A stretch of DNA of 64,000 nt from an uncultured Gammaproteobacteria bacterium. Lineage in GTDB: Bacteria; Patescibacteriota; Microgenomatia; UBA8517; UBA10165. Below are positions 37,136 through 46,654 of this stretch, piece after piece. Each line of letters opens with the position of its first letter. Positions within the stretch are counted from its first letter, which is position 1. The DNA is taken from positions 21,704 to 85,703 of the forward strand of contig CAYYLO010000001.1 in the NCBI GenBank assembly GCA_964472675.1, given 5' to 3'. The translations under genes and the position numbers were made by a program. Under the pieces are notes generated by a model. The model saw nothing but the letters and a program-made list of their open reading frames with translations. It was not told the origin of the DNA and made no database searches.

Positions 37136-38842
37136 CTAGTCTACCTTGTACACGTCTACCACTTTATTCTCAAAAATATGTGAAATGCCCAGTTGTGTCT
37201 CTCCCAATTTCGCCCGCTGGGGCTTGACCCAGTAAATATACTTTATATTGTTGTCTCGCAAAAACTGATATGCCTGCCTTTGATTTAGCGCTCTTAGCCA
37301 GTCTTCTACGCTTTTGCGGCGCGTTTTCCAATCGTAATCAGTAATATTTAAGTTAACTTCATCTTCCAAAAAAACAGGTTTATTAGAATAAGCAGAAACG
37401 TAAGCTGTTGACTCATAGAGATACAACGGTCGGGGTGGATTGCTAACCGCCTGATCTGCAGCATACTGGTCAAAAGGATAAGTAAGTACTACCCCTAATG
37501 GTTGAACAGCCAAAAAATTTAAAGCCTGCACTTCTTCACCAGAAAGCTTGGCCGGCGGACGCGAGGGAAGATAATTTTGCAAAGTTGCATAAACCGTAGG
37601 TAAGGTAAATAACAAAATAACGCTTGCCAAAATTACGTTTTTGGTATGCACGTACACAGTCATTCTGTCAAACCATTCTGCTATGGTAATTCCTGAGAAA
37701 ATGCTCATGGCAAAAATTGTGTAGTAAAAAAATTGAATAGTATTCCATGGCGTACCTTTCTGCAAAAATAACATCGGCAGGATAGTGCCAAAAACAGCTA
37801 TTACCCACACGAATAATCCGATTGGCTCTTGCTTTTTTAAAATCTTCCATGTTTGAAAGTGCCCTATTGCCCGAATACCTAAGTTGCCAAACCAAAAAAT
37901 CAAAAATGCAACTGTGTATGCGAGAATTAATTTCCACCAAACTTGGCCTGATTTATAATTCATAATCGCTTCAAAAAAGCGCGGCCAGTTGACGCGGTCG
38001 GAAACTGCCATCATCGTTTCTAAAAACCAGAAGGGTTGGAAAACAACTAAGGAGGTGGAATTACGATTTAGAGGAATAAAAAGCGCAAGAAACAGGGCAA
38101 GAGACAGTGCCCATAAAATTAATACACGAAAACTTCGTACTTTAGTCAAATAAAGTACCCCCACGATAAATAGTGCACCCAAAGACAACACTCCAGCATA
38201 GACTTTTATTTGTCCCACCAATCCAAATAGCAACGTAGCAATTAACAAGTTAGCAAGCGAGGGTTTGCGGAGATACCTGCTGAGCACTATTGCACCTGCC
38301 AATAATAATACAAGTGATAATGCAAATGGAGGATTGATTAAAGTTGAAACTGACTGTTGCGCCCAAAACATTGACTCATTACCAACCGTGTCATACCTGA
38401 CTAAAGAAACGATCGGCCCCCAGCTTCCCCCAAAGTAAACTAAAAAAGTCGACCACCAGGCGGCTACTTTAGAGTTAGTCCACTCATTGACAAATTTATA
38501 TGTTAGCCACCCGATAAAAAACGCCAAAATCGGCGGCAGGATCTGAAAGTAAAGGAGCGATACCGGAAGAAAAGTAATTTTGTGCAAAGCTGCCAACATT
38601 AGGTCAAAACCGATGTGGTAATTTTTCAACTGCTCTCCGGCAAACACAGGCATCTCCAAAGAACCGCCAGCCAGGCTGTTAGCCAAAGCAATGTGCCAAA
38701 TTCCATCATGTCCGTTTGGGCCCCAAAAGCCTAAGCCAAATGCATACATCCAACCGCTTTTGACCATTGTTATACTCCAAGTCAAAGTCCCCATTAGTAA
38801 TAGTATAAATAAAGGTTTGTTTTTCACTTTTTCACTCTCCAA
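37136..38842 (-). CDS. Integral membrane protein with a C-terminal soluble domain (GT-C-like topology), function unknown
   Basis: About 12 TM helices, loop motif FWGPNGHDGIWHIALANSL. The C-terminal ~150-aa domain is homologous to the C-terminal domain of the adjacent 38824..40887 protein. Confidence 0.4.
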   Translation of the reverse strand: MESEKVKNKPLFILLLMGTLTWSITMVKSGWMYAFGLGFWGPNGHDGIWHIALANSLAGGSLEMPVFAGEQLKNYHIGFDLMLAALHKITFLPVSLLYFQILPPILAFFIGWLTYKFVNEWTNSKVAAWWSTFLVYFGGSWGPIVSLVRYDTVGNESMFWAQQSVSTLINPPFALSLVLLLAGAIVLSRYLRKPSLANLLIATLLFGLVGQIKVYAGVLSLGALFIVGVLYLTKVRSFRVLILWALSLALFLALFIPLNRNSTSLVVFQPFWFLETMMAVSDRVNWPRFFEAIMNYKSGQVWWKLILAYTVAFLIFWFGNLGIRAIGHFQTWKILKKQEPIGLFVWVIAVFGTILPMLFLQKGTPWNTIQFFYYTIFAMSIFSGITIAEWFDRMTVYVHTKNVILASVILLFTLPTVYATLQNYLPSRPPAKLSGEEVQALNFLAVQPLGVVLTYPFDQYAADQAVSNPPRPLYLYESTAYVSAYSNKPVFLEDEVNLNITDYDWKTRRKSVEDWLRALNQRQAYQFLRDNNIKYIYWVKPQRAKLGETQLGISHIFENKVVDVYKVD

Positions 38843-40860
38843 ATCTCAGCATTAGCATCGTCATAAATTTTCTCAACATTAAAATCTCCTGGTGAAAAGG
38901 GTAGTTTCTCTGAGTAATAAGGATATTTGACCAAATAGACATATCTCACGTTTTGTTTGGAAAATTCTCGTTTCCCAACCTTTAAATCTTTCGCTTCAAA
39001 AACTGAAGAGTTGTAGACGAGAGGATGTTTGCCCCATTTTTGAACATAAGAACGGTTATTTGAGAATACAGCAGGTTTTAGAGAAGTAATATAGACGCAT
39101 TGCAGACACTCATGGTCATAAACAAGAACCTTGCCAGGAGGCTGTAAGGCAAGTTTAGACAAAGCATAAATCTCATTTTGGCTTATCCAATAATCCTGGG
39201 AATAACTTTTTTGCCACCGTTGTCCATATGTAAAACTTCCAGCCAGACCTGCAACAATCACCGCTAACAAAAGTATTCTTATCTTCAAAAATCGAATACA
39301 CAAAACAACCAACACTATAAAAGTAATACCCCACAACAAGAGTGCTAGTTTAATTTTCTTTTGATCCAAGAAGTGCCACGCCTCAGAAGTAAGTGCACGT
39401 AGAGTTTCACCTTTTGCGGATGTAATAATGTTAACACTCGGCTGAACTGCTACCCCACCGGATCTTTGAATATTAACTAATGGACTTTTCGTCAAGTAAC
39501 TTGGAATATCTATACTTGGTGAAAAAGAAAACTTGTCCGGCAAAAAAACTAATTCTCTGTCTTTTGCAAATGAAATTGCCAATCTCTCATTTTCCTGTTT
39601 AATTGCTTTTATACCTCCCCACTTTAAATCCCAAACAGTCTGGGGATCGGTTGAATGGTCAATAACCGAAGGGATATAAATTGTTAAATCCTTGTTGGTA
39701 TTAGGCAAAGAAAAATATGGTTCCTGAAAATCAGGTTGGTAAATTCTTAAGTCTACAATTTCTGTTTTTTGGGAAGTCGCATCGTAGCGTATTCCCGCCC
39801 GGTAATTGGGAGAGTTATACCAGATAAGTTTCTCATTTGTACCCAAAAGATCATCAGTCTTTATTACCTGCACGGGAGAAACGCCAGGGAATTGCTTTCT
39901 GTACCAGGAAGAAAAATCTTTCATATTGGTAATTGTGTCATCTCCCTCATCTGCCAATTTGCGCACCAACCCCATCTGCTTTGCAAACTCACTAGTTTCC
40001 GAATAGGACTCTGCCGGAAAATCTCCTTCCAACCCCAAAGTAATTTGGCCAAACTGGTTGTCGTGCTGACCAGCAAATAAACGCACTAACCTTTCAAAAT
40101 AATCAAAATTCTGGCCCATCAAGGGGTAGTCCTGAGTACTATATTTACTGTCTTTATAACCGTTCAAAGGATCTCTTGGCGCCCATTCCAATTCCACAAC
40201 ATCAAGTTTTGAGTCATTTGTTGCCGCAGGAATTCCTGTGTGATTTTTGCTTGGGTAAAAGGGCGAAGACCAATACTCGCCCCACACTTCATATCCGTCT
40301 GTAGACAGTTGATCCGCAAGCCCCAAATGCGCAGTTATCCCATACTTTTCTTTTATATATGAAAGAGAATAGGCATCTACCCACCATCCCCCGACTGATG
40401 TTGGATAATAGCCAAAATCAGACTTAAATTTTTCAAATACAGCATCTATTAATTTGACGCGATCGGCAGGAACGTAGCCTGACAAAAACACAGAATTTGC
40501 AAAATGCCAAAAACCTGAGTTATTGTAGGCAATCTTTGACGCTAGGGCAAAAGCAGGAGTAACTTCAAGAAAAATACCCTTCTCCTGCTTGATATCCATC
40601 TCTTTGGCAACTGCTACAGCCTTCGGATTATCCAAAACGTCAAATGTAAAAAGCCATGTAGCAGGAAGTTTATTTTGTTTAATAATTTTGTATTGGGCTT
40701 TTATACTTTCAGCTGAATCAACAGTGTATTTGGAAATACGGACCGGATTAACTAAGGTGATGAATTGATTGCTGGCTGCATTTACACCAGAATCACTTGT
40801 TAAAAAGAAGAAGCCAGATAAAAAAGCCAGAATAAAATGTTTACCTTTTAAGAATTGCAT
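38824..40860 (-). CDS. Signal-peptide protein with a large extracytoplasmic domain, single TM anchor and C-terminal domain; function unknown
   Basis: Start at MQFLKGKHFILAFLSGFFFLTSDSGVNAAS (signal peptide), ~500-aa ectodomain, TM helix LALLLWGITFIVLVVLCI, and a C-terminal domain (NVRYVYLVKY...) shared with 37136..38842. Track ORF extends to 40887. Confidence 0.4.
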   Translation of the reverse strand: MQFLKGKHFILAFLSGFFFLTSDSGVNAASNQFITLVNPVRISKYTVDSAESIKAQYKIIKQNKLPATWLFTFDVLDNPKAVAVAKEMDIKQEKGIFLEVTPAFALASKIAYNNSGFWHFANSVFLSGYVPADRVKLIDAVFEKFKSDFGYYPTSVGGWWVDAYSLSYIKEKYGITAHLGLADQLSTDGYEVWGEYWSSPFYPSKNHTGIPAATNDSKLDVVELEWAPRDPLNGYKDSKYSTQDYPLMGQNFDYFERLVRLFAGQHDNQFGQITLGLEGDFPAESYSETSEFAKQMGLVRKLADEGDDTITNMKDFSSWYRKQFPGVSPVQVIKTDDLLGTNEKLIWYNSPNYRAGIRYDATSQKTEIVDLRIYQPDFQEPYFSLPNTNKDLTIYIPSVIDHSTDPQTVWDLKWGGIKAIKQENERLAISFAKDRELVFLPDKFSFSPSIDIPSYLTKSPLVNIQRSGGVAVQPSVNIITSAKGETLRALTSEAWHFLDQKKIKLALLLWGITFIVLVVLCIRFLKIRILLLAVIVAGLAGSFTYGQRWQKSYSQDYWISQNEIYALSKLALQPPGKVLVYDHECLQCVYITSLKPAVFSNNRSYVQKWGKHPLVYNSSVFEAKDLKVGKREFSKQNVRYVYLVKYPYYSEKLPFSPGDFNVEKIYDDANAEIWRVKK

Positions 40861-42328
40861 TGAAGACTTTCCTTGTGTCTTGAGCAAGCGAGGGACCGAC
40901 TAAAGAAAAGATTAATAGCGCGTAAATCGCAATTCCTGAAGGTACCAATATTAAAACTCCAAGCATATTGTGGGGAACAATCAACGTAGCCAGGCGGACA
41001 AAAATGCCCATGATCATGGCCGCCAGCATCGGCTTTGCGACAGAGTAAAAAAAGTTAAAATGGACTGCCCGATACCCTAGCCATATGGCAACGATTGACA
41101 CCGCTTCCACTAAAAGATAGCCTAAGGCCGCGCCGTTAAAACCAAATCTTGCTCCAAAAAAAGGAACCAAAAGCCAGGTTAAAACTACCCAGGCAATCAT
41201 TAACTTAAAAGTAGTTCTTATTCTACCGGTTGCATTTAACATATTGGTTAAAGGAGTTGCAATAGCGGCAAAGGCCGCATGTGCACCAAAAAGACCCAGG
41301 GCTAAGATTGCCGGCTGCCACTGTTTATATCTTTCAATAATCTGCAAAAGTATTGGCGCTACTAAAGCCAGACCGACAATTGATGGAAAGACCAGAAGAG
41401 AAATAAAGAATATAGACCGCGAAAGTGCGCTTTCCAGCTCTTGCCTGTTGTCCTGCAAACGCGCGTAAGCCGGGAAAGTAACTTTTATCACCTGATCCAT
41501 AAAAAACCGCAAAGGCGCCTCTCCCCACTTTTTTGCCCACAACAGAAGTCCGATTCCGGCAGGTCCTAACAACCCACCCAGGAAAATTGTCAATCCGTCA
41601 TCTTTGACAACTGCCAAAAAAGTATTCAGCTGATATGGGATGCCAAACTTGAAAAGCCCCCGCAAAGATTTGACCGAAAAACTAAATCCGGGAACCCAAG
41701 GCTGTAAGATATACATAGTGATAAGTCCCACGAGGCTCTGCGCTAAAACCGAATAGGCCAAACTTAGAATCCCAAACCCACGCAGAGCAAGAATAATTGT
41801 TAAGCCGTTAAAAACTACAGCTTCTAAGATTTGAGGAATAATAAGCCGCGTAAACTCCAATTTCCGCTCAAGTAAAACAGAAGGAATAGTTTTTAGCGAA
41901 GACAGGAAGAAGGCGATATAAAAAGACCACAATAAATAAACTCCGGGGCCGGTTATTTTTTGCCAGGAAGACAAAAAAGGCGTCGCGGTCAAGCCAATAA
42001 TAACCAAAGAAATTACCAGGAGTTGTTGAACTAAAAAGGTGGTCTTTAACTCCTCGGAAGTTACACTCCCTTTCTTTTGAATCAAGGCTGCAGCCAAACC
42101 GATATCTGAAAAGTAACTCAAAAACCCGCGTATGGCGAGTACGATATAGTAAACACCAAACACTTCTTTAGCAAAGAGCGCGGAGAAAAAAGCTAGAGAA
42201 ACTAAATTTATGCCCTGAAGAATAAAGTTCCGGCTGGTCAAAGCCAAAACTCCAGAAATCGCCCTCTTTTTTACAATGGCGAGGGTCAACCCCTCATCAA
42301 CCACTTCAACCGTTTCAATATTAGTCAC
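40841..42328 (-). CDS. Wzx-like oligosaccharide flippase (polysaccharide biosynthesis protein, MOP superfamily)
   Basis: N-terminal KRAISGVLALTSRNFILQGINLVSLAFFSALFAKEVFGVYYIVLAIRGFLSYFSDIGLAAALIQ, typical of Wzx/RfbX; 12-14 TM helices. Confidence 0.8.
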   Translation of the reverse strand: MTNIETVEVVDEGLTLAIVKKRAISGVLALTSRNFILQGINLVSLAFFSALFAKEVFGVYYIVLAIRGFLSYFSDIGLAAALIQKKGSVTSEELKTTFLVQQLLVISLVIIGLTATPFLSSWQKITGPGVYLLWSFYIAFFLSSLKTIPSVLLERKLEFTRLIIPQILEAVVFNGLTIILALRGFGILSLAYSVLAQSLVGLITMYILQPWVPGFSFSVKSLRGLFKFGIPYQLNTFLAVVKDDGLTIFLGGLLGPAGIGLLLWAKKWGEAPLRFFMDQVIKVTFPAYARLQDNRQELESALSRSIFFISLLVFPSIVGLALVAPILLQIIERYKQWQPAILALGLFGAHAAFAAIATPLTNMLNATGRIRTTFKLMIAWVVLTWLLVPFFGARFGFNGAALGYLLVEAVSIVAIWLGYRAVHFNFFYSVAKPMLAAMIMGIFVRLATLIVPHNMLGVLILVPSGIAIYALLIFSLVGPSLAQDTRKVFNAILKR

Positions 42329-42343
42329 ATTAAAGATTGTATC

Positions 42344-43111
42344 GTGTACAATGTTTTTGTGCCAGCTCGAACTTCAATTTTCCTTCTCATCCTCTTAACA
42401 AATCTTTGGGTGTGGAGACTGCTTGATATATCACTAGTGGTTTTTACATTGACAGTTGTGTCTTGTTCAGTTTTTTTGCTTGCCAATACCCCAAACAAAA
42501 AGACATTATTTGTAATTTGTTTTTCTCTACTGCTTTTGGCTCAGTGGAAAACCACCAAAAGAGTTGAACTTACAAGACTCACAAACGATGAGCAAAGAAT
42601 TCAACAAACAAGAATGATTGATGAATATCCGCCTGTGCACTTTACTTTTTTGGGCAAAACAGTTTGGCTTCCAATTCCCCATTGGTTTGAAGAAAGGAAA
42701 GAGTCAATCGCTTTTTTTAAAATTCAAAAAAACTTAGGAGAGGTTTTAGATTTTAATTTATATTTCTTCGCAAATCATCCCCGCGAAAGAGTAGGCGTTG
42801 CAGAATTTGAAAAACTCCCCTACCTCTTTATACCGCTTTTCCTTCTTGGACTAACAATAGGTCTAAAGAAGACAAGTCCGCTCTGTCTGTTGAGCTTTCT
42901 GGCGCCAATCGCCCTAATATCTCTGGTCGGACAAGACAATCCAATGGGTCCCTTTTCTCTTCTGCCGTTTTTTCTCGCAACAATAACCGTAGGTGCAGAA
43001 AATTCCTTGGAAAAAGTAAAAAAGAAAAAGCACGCAAAAGTTATCGTTATTATTTTTTTGATAGCACTTTTTATGAACGTTATCCAACAATATGCGTATA
43101 CTAAATTTTAA
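42344..43111 (+). CDS. Hypothetical membrane protein (GTG start; start uncertain)
   Basis: ORF with several hydrophobic helices and no recognisable domain. Lies only 15 nt from the divergent flippase start, so the real start may be downstream (first in-frame ATG near 42620). Confidence 0.3.
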   Translation: MYNVFVPARTSIFLLILLTNLWVWRLLDISLVVFTLTVVSCSVFLLANTPNKKTLFVICFSLLLLAQWKTTKRVELTRLTNDEQRIQQTRMIDEYPPVHFTFLGKTVWLPIPHWFEERKESIAFFKIQKNLGEVLDFNLYFFANHPRERVGVAEFEKLPYLFIPLFLLGLTIGLKKTSPLCLLSFLAPIALISLVGQDNPMGPFSLLPFFLATITVGAENSLEKVKKKKHAKVIVIIFLIALFMNVIQQYAYTKF

Positions 43112-44765
43112 AGTCTTCCAAATCTTTGCCTTGATTTTTATTACCTTGTTGGGATGTTACTTATACTCCTACAAGCTGGGAGAGATCCCCTCGGGCTTCT
43201 ACATAGACGAGGCTGTGACCGGGTACAACGCCTATTCAATCCTACAAACCGGCAAAGATGAATACGGGAAAGCCTTCCCTTGGGCAATGAGATTTTTTGG
43301 GTCATACTCACCCCCTTTGTATACCTATCTAACTGCCGCTTCTGTAAAGTTTTTTGGCCTAACCATTACTGCCGTTCGCCTGCCATCTGTGATCTTAGGT
43401 GTGGCATCAATCTTTATTATCTTTATCTTTCTCAAAAACATTCCATTGATCAAATCTCCACTCACACCGTTGTTGGGAGCTTTTTTGTTTACACTCTCTC
43501 CTTGGAACCTTTTTTATGCAAGAACTGGATATGAAGTTTATCTGGGATTTTTTTTATTCTCTTTGGGAATACTATTTTTATGGCTGGGCTTTCAAAAGAA
43601 GAGTTTCCTAAATCTTGGTCTTGTTATTTTATCTTTTTCAACCTATGGCGCTCATACAGAAAGATTCCTGATACCGTTATTTATAGTTATCTTCTGCTTT
43701 ATCTTTAGAAAAATTAGTCTTTGGGGACTGCTGCTGGCCTTAATTGTGCAAATACCCAATATCTTACTTTTTCGAACCTCTGCTTTCTTTACCAAGGGTT
43801 CACTTTTTTATAGTTCGTTGGTTGTCGAACAGGCAAAAAAGATGTCTTTGTTCCCGCTTATTTCAATTCCACTGGCTTTTGTGAGGGAATTTTTATCCCA
43901 GGCTTTTGTTTACCTTTCACCTCGATCATTATTTTTTACACCAGACCCGGATCCTCAGCGCTCTATGCCCGAGCTTTCAACTTTTTATTTTTGGCTGGCA
44001 CCCCTTTATGTACTGGGTTTGTGTGTTCTTTGGAAAAATAAACAAAAAATATTTTCGAAATTTATCAGTGTATTAGTAATCAATATTTTATTGCTGGTTG
44101 CCTTAACAGCAGATCCTTTCTCCACCCAAAGGGCACTTCCTTTGCTATTGCCAATCATTCTAATTATTTGCCTCGGACTCGACAGTGTTTTAAACAAAGC
44201 AAGAGTTGTTGTTTGGGTACCTGCTTTTATATTGTTGACTTGCGTTTCTTTACTTTTTCTTTGGAGATCGTACTTTGTTTTCCTGCCAACAGAACGGGCC
44301 AAAGTTTGGGGCTATGGCTTCCACGAGCTAGCACAGGAAATACAAAAAAGGCCGGACAAACATTTTGTTATAGACCAAACAAGGACCAAGCCGGCCTACA
44401 TTGAGTTGGCGTTTTTTATGAAATATCCTCCCGAAAAATTCCAGGCCGAAACGGAAAGAGGAATAAAGGACAGGTATTATACTGATTTGTCCTTTAACCC
44501 GCATTACAAATTTGCCAATATAGAAACAAGAAACCTAAAATGGGAAGAGGATATTTACCAAGATGAGATAGTTGTCGGGGACGAGCTGACGGTTTCCCAG
44601 GAGCAAGCCAGCGAACACTTCTTAACAAAAGTTTTTGAAATTAAAGACCCTGTAAGCAATATAATTTTTGTCGGCTGGCAAACCAACCCATCAAAAAAAT
44701 GCCGCCAATCTCCTTCTGTTAAGTGTTCGTACTTATTCCCCACTTCGGAGGATAAAAGTATTTAA
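43092..44765 (+). CDS. PMT/GT39-family glycosyltransferase (GT-C)
   Basis: SGFYIDEAVTGYNAYSILQTGKDEYGKAFPWAMRFFGSYSPPLYTY; same architecture as the minus-strand array but encoded on the plus strand. Confidence 0.85.
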   Translation: MRILNFKVFQIFALIFITLLGCYLYSYKLGEIPSGFYIDEAVTGYNAYSILQTGKDEYGKAFPWAMRFFGSYSPPLYTYLTAASVKFFGLTITAVRLPSVILGVASIFIIFIFLKNIPLIKSPLTPLLGAFLFTLSPWNLFYARTGYEVYLGFFLFSLGILFLWLGFQKKSFLNLGLVILSFSTYGAHTERFLIPLFIVIFCFIFRKISLWGLLLALIVQIPNILLFRTSAFFTKGSLFYSSLVVEQAKKMSLFPLISIPLAFVREFLSQAFVYLSPRSLFFTPDPDPQRSMPELSTFYFWLAPLYVLGLCVLWKNKQKIFSKFISVLVINILLLVALTADPFSTQRALPLLLPIILIICLGLDSVLNKARVVVWVPAFILLTCVSLLFLWRSYFVFLPTERAKVWGYGFHELAQEIQKRPDKHFVIDQTRTKPAYIELAFFMKYPPEKFQAETERGIKDRYYTDLSFNPHYKFANIETRNLKWEEDIYQDEIVVGDELTVSQEQASEHFLTKVFEIKDPVSNIIFVGWQTNPSKKCRQSPSVKCSYLFPTSEDKSI

Positions 44766-45105
44766 TTTCTACCTTACCCGGTTTGTATTGTGCTTTTATC
44801 TTCACTCTGTTGCTTTTTAACTCCGGAAAACGAACCCGGGAATATTTATCCAGCTCACAAAACATACCCTGACAATCTATCTCATGCATTTTTCTCCCCC
44901 ATAAACTTTTGAACTTAATACCCAAACGCTCAAACTCTTTATCTTGGTTCTCAATCATAAAGTCACCAATCAGTGGAAGACTATGCAGTCGCTCAAACAA
45001 ACCTTTCAGGGTTGGTGCACTTATCAACTTCTGTGCCACACCATCGGTAACAAAAACTTTCCTTAATAACGCCAATGAGTACTTTTCGGTATTAAAGTTT
45101 GCCAA
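44719..45105 (-). CDS. Hypothetical protein
   Basis: 128-aa ORF convergent with the PMT gene end; no recognisable motifs, and the coding status is uncertain. Confidence 0.25.
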   Translation of the reverse strand: MANFNTEKYSLALLRKVFVTDGVAQKLISAPTLKGLFERLHSLPLIGDFMIENQDKEFERLGIKFKSLWGRKMHEIDCQGMFCELDKYSRVRFPELKSNRVKIKAQYKPGKVEIKYFYPPKWGISTNT

Positions 45106-45548
45106 AGAAAATCTCCTGCCTCTCCGCCGCCAATTTCCAATATGTATCGTAGACTTCTTCCCTTACCTTCATACTAAGTTAGAGTACCACACATAAGAAT
45201 CAGCCTCTCAATAGAGTAAAATTACGAAGTTACTTTTATGCCTACAACACACAGGGCGGAGCATGCATGCATTTTTATGATGGATAAAAATTATCAACAA
45301 GAAAATGGGCAAGATTTGGGACATTTGCAACAAAAAATACTTCACTCGAAGCAATCCGCTTGAACTATCCACTTAAGGAAGTGCGAACTTCGCACGTCTC
45401 ATTAAGCGAACTGCTGTAAGTGAAGTATCCGGTCCTGCCCCTACCCAAACGTATGCTTGGAACGCGCGCCGGACGGCGACAATTCGGAAACGGAATCTTT
45501 GTGTTTATATTATACCTCACATAGCAACATGTCACAATATACCAACAC
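45106..45548. promoter_or_regulatory. Long (~440 nt) non-coding region upstream of the AbrB-like/R-M module
   Basis: No convincing ORF (the minus-strand 45365..45799 ORF lacks any motif). Contains hairpin gtgcgaacttcgcac and -10-like TATATTATAC / TACAAT-like hexamers near 45500-45545. Confidence 0.3.
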
Positions 45549-45752
45549 ATGTTTGATGTAGAATTACGTAATCCCATGGCAAACAGAAAATCTTCCGAGC
45601 GCAATGTCCGAAAACTCACCAAAGTCGGCAAAACCAGCTTTTCCATTACTCTCCCCATCGAACTCATCCGCAAACTCGGCTGGAAAAATAAACAGAAGGT
45701 TTCCGTCTCCGAAAAGCGCAAGAGGCTTGTGGTTAGAGATTGGGAAAAGTAG
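45549..45752 (+). CDS. AbrB/MazE/SpoVT-type swapped-hairpin DNA-binding protein (possible R-M regulator or antitoxin)
   Basis: VRKLTKVGKTSFSITLPIELIRKLGWKNKQKVSVS..KRLVV matches the AbrB/MazE looped-hinge pattern (kvgkkgqvtIPkeiReklglkeGdkv). Co-directional with and immediately upstream of the methyltransferase/endonuclease pair. Confidence 0.5.
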   Translation: MFDVELRNPMANRKSSERNVRKLTKVGKTSFSITLPIELIRKLGWKNKQKVSVSEKRKRLVVRDWEK

Positions 45753-45859
45753 AATTCGCTCACATTAATATCTACTGGCAATCTCCTAAAGCCTTTCAAT
45801 AGTCACCATTTTAAAGAAATCATCGAGTGAAAATTTCCTGATATAATCAGTAAGGACAC

Positions 45860-46654
45860 ATGAATTACCCTGATGACTTCATTAATAAAATTGTTTGCGG
45901 GGACGTGTTGGAGGTTATGGCTGAAATGCCAAACGAGTGTATAGATTTAGTTATCACTTCACCACCTTATAACCTAAAAAATTCTACAGGTAATGGGATG
46001 AAGGATGGTCGTGGCGGAAAGTGGTCAAAAGCAGCACTTATAAGCGGGTATACGGATCACGGAGACAACATGCCGCACAAAGAGTATGTTGGGTGGCAAA
46101 GAAAGTGTTTAGCAGAAATGATGCGTGTCGTAAAAGAGGATGGTGCAATTTTCTATAATCACAAATGGAGAGTGCAAAACGGTTTACTACAAGATAGGCA
46201 CGATATTGTTGAAAGTTTTCCAGTTAGACAAATCATCATATGGAAACGAAAAGGGGGAATAAATTTTAACAAGGGTTACTTCTTGCCTACTTATGAAGTA
46301 ATTTATTTAATAGCAAAACCTAAGTTCAAGCTATCACCCAAGGCAAATGCATTCGGAGATGTGTGGGAACTCACACAAGAAATGAAAAATGCCCATCCCG
46401 CCCCATTTCCGGTTTCTCTTATTAACAGGATTGTTTCTTCCACTAACGCACAGATTATTCTTGATCCATTCATGGGGTCTGGGACTACAGGAGTTGCGGC
46501 TAAAGCTTTAGGTAGAAACTATATAGGAATTGAGATTTCGCCCCAATACTGTAAAATGGCTCGAGACAGAATAGAAGGAGCAAACCCACAAAAAGAATTA
46601 AGACTTAGTAAGCAAATAGAACTTTTTGATAACACAAATGCAGATTTACACTAA
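45860..46654 (+). CDS. Beta-class DNA methyltransferase (N4-cytosine/N6-adenine; SPPY motif suggests m4C)
   Basis: IDLVITSPPYNL (motif IV) preceding DPFMGSGTTGVAAKALGRNYIGIEI (motif I), the beta-class order; N6_N4_Mtase-like. Confidence 0.85.
   Translation: MNYPDDFINKIVCGDVLEVMAEMPNECIDLVITSPPYNLKNSTGNGMKDGRGGKWSKAALISGYTDHGDNMPHKEYVGWQRKCLAEMMRVVKEDGAIFYNHKWRVQNGLLQDRHDIVESFPVRQIIIWKRKGGINFNKGYFLPTYEVIYLIAKPKFKLSPKANAFGDVWELTQEMKNAHPAPFPVSLINRIVSSTNAQIILDPFMGSGTTGVAAKALGRNYIGIEISPQYCKMARDRIEGANPQKELRLSKQIELFDNTNADLH

Noticed and set aside
45365-45799. 144-aa minus-strand ORF
   Set aside because: No recognisable domain; overlaps the plus-strand AbrB/MazE-like ORF, which has a clear fold signature and sits in operon context with the methyltransferase and endonuclease; it also spans a region that looks non-coding.
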